64,000 nt of DNA, from sequence record NC_041975.1; one strand, given 5' to 3'. This document shows, in pieces, positions 63,996 through 64,000 of the stretch; positions within the stretch are counted from its first letter, which is position 1, and the number at the start of each line of letters is the position of its first letter. The translations under genes were made by a program, and so were the position numbers. The notes beneath the pieces are model-generated. The model was not told where the DNA came from. It did not search any database and saw only the letters and a list, made by a program, of their open reading frames with translations.

Positions 63996-64000
63996 ACCAA

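Noticed and set aside
1-64000. CRISPR array, tRNA or rRNA genes, inteins
   Set aside because: No regularly spaced direct repeats or tRNA/rRNA signatures seen. The hairpin-TATGCCG elements are dispersed with unrelated stems. No intein-like C/S...HN blocks seen in the RNAP, SbcC or ThyA proteins.

Overview
A 64-kb segment of a phiKZ-like jumbo myophage (probably Chimalliviridae, nucleus-forming type). GC looks close to 50% and the host cannot be determined from this window. Bases 1-31.3 kb are conserved core genes in phiKZ gp123-gp165-like order: non-virion RNAP beta N-terminal subunit, a Q/P/M-rich protein, portal, baseplate and virion proteins, RuvC, an overlapping spanin pair, four related tail-fibre genes, the central spike and SbcC. 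Bases 31.3-64 kb are a plus-strand accessory region of mostly small genes, including a signal-peptide lytic transglycosylase, GNAT, SspB, a LemA-like/TPM-like membrane pair, a frameshifted TOPRIM gene, RtcB, a Kelch-like protein, two HslV/Ntn-like genes, an HNH endonuclease, a DEDD exonuclease, ThyA and an HD-domain protein. The most notable observations are: (i) a small gene at 60083-60784 that appears to carry a detached fragment of the phage RNAP beta-prime subunit; (ii) a conserved TATGCCG motif replacing the U-tract after most intergenic hairpins, on both strands; (iii) a possible four-way-junction RNA directly after the HNH gene; (iv) several proteolysis-related genes, namely SspB plus apparently inactive protease homologues; (v) an atypical spanin pair. 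All family assignments come from motif recognition by eye, not database searches. No tRNA, rRNA or CRISPR array was seen.
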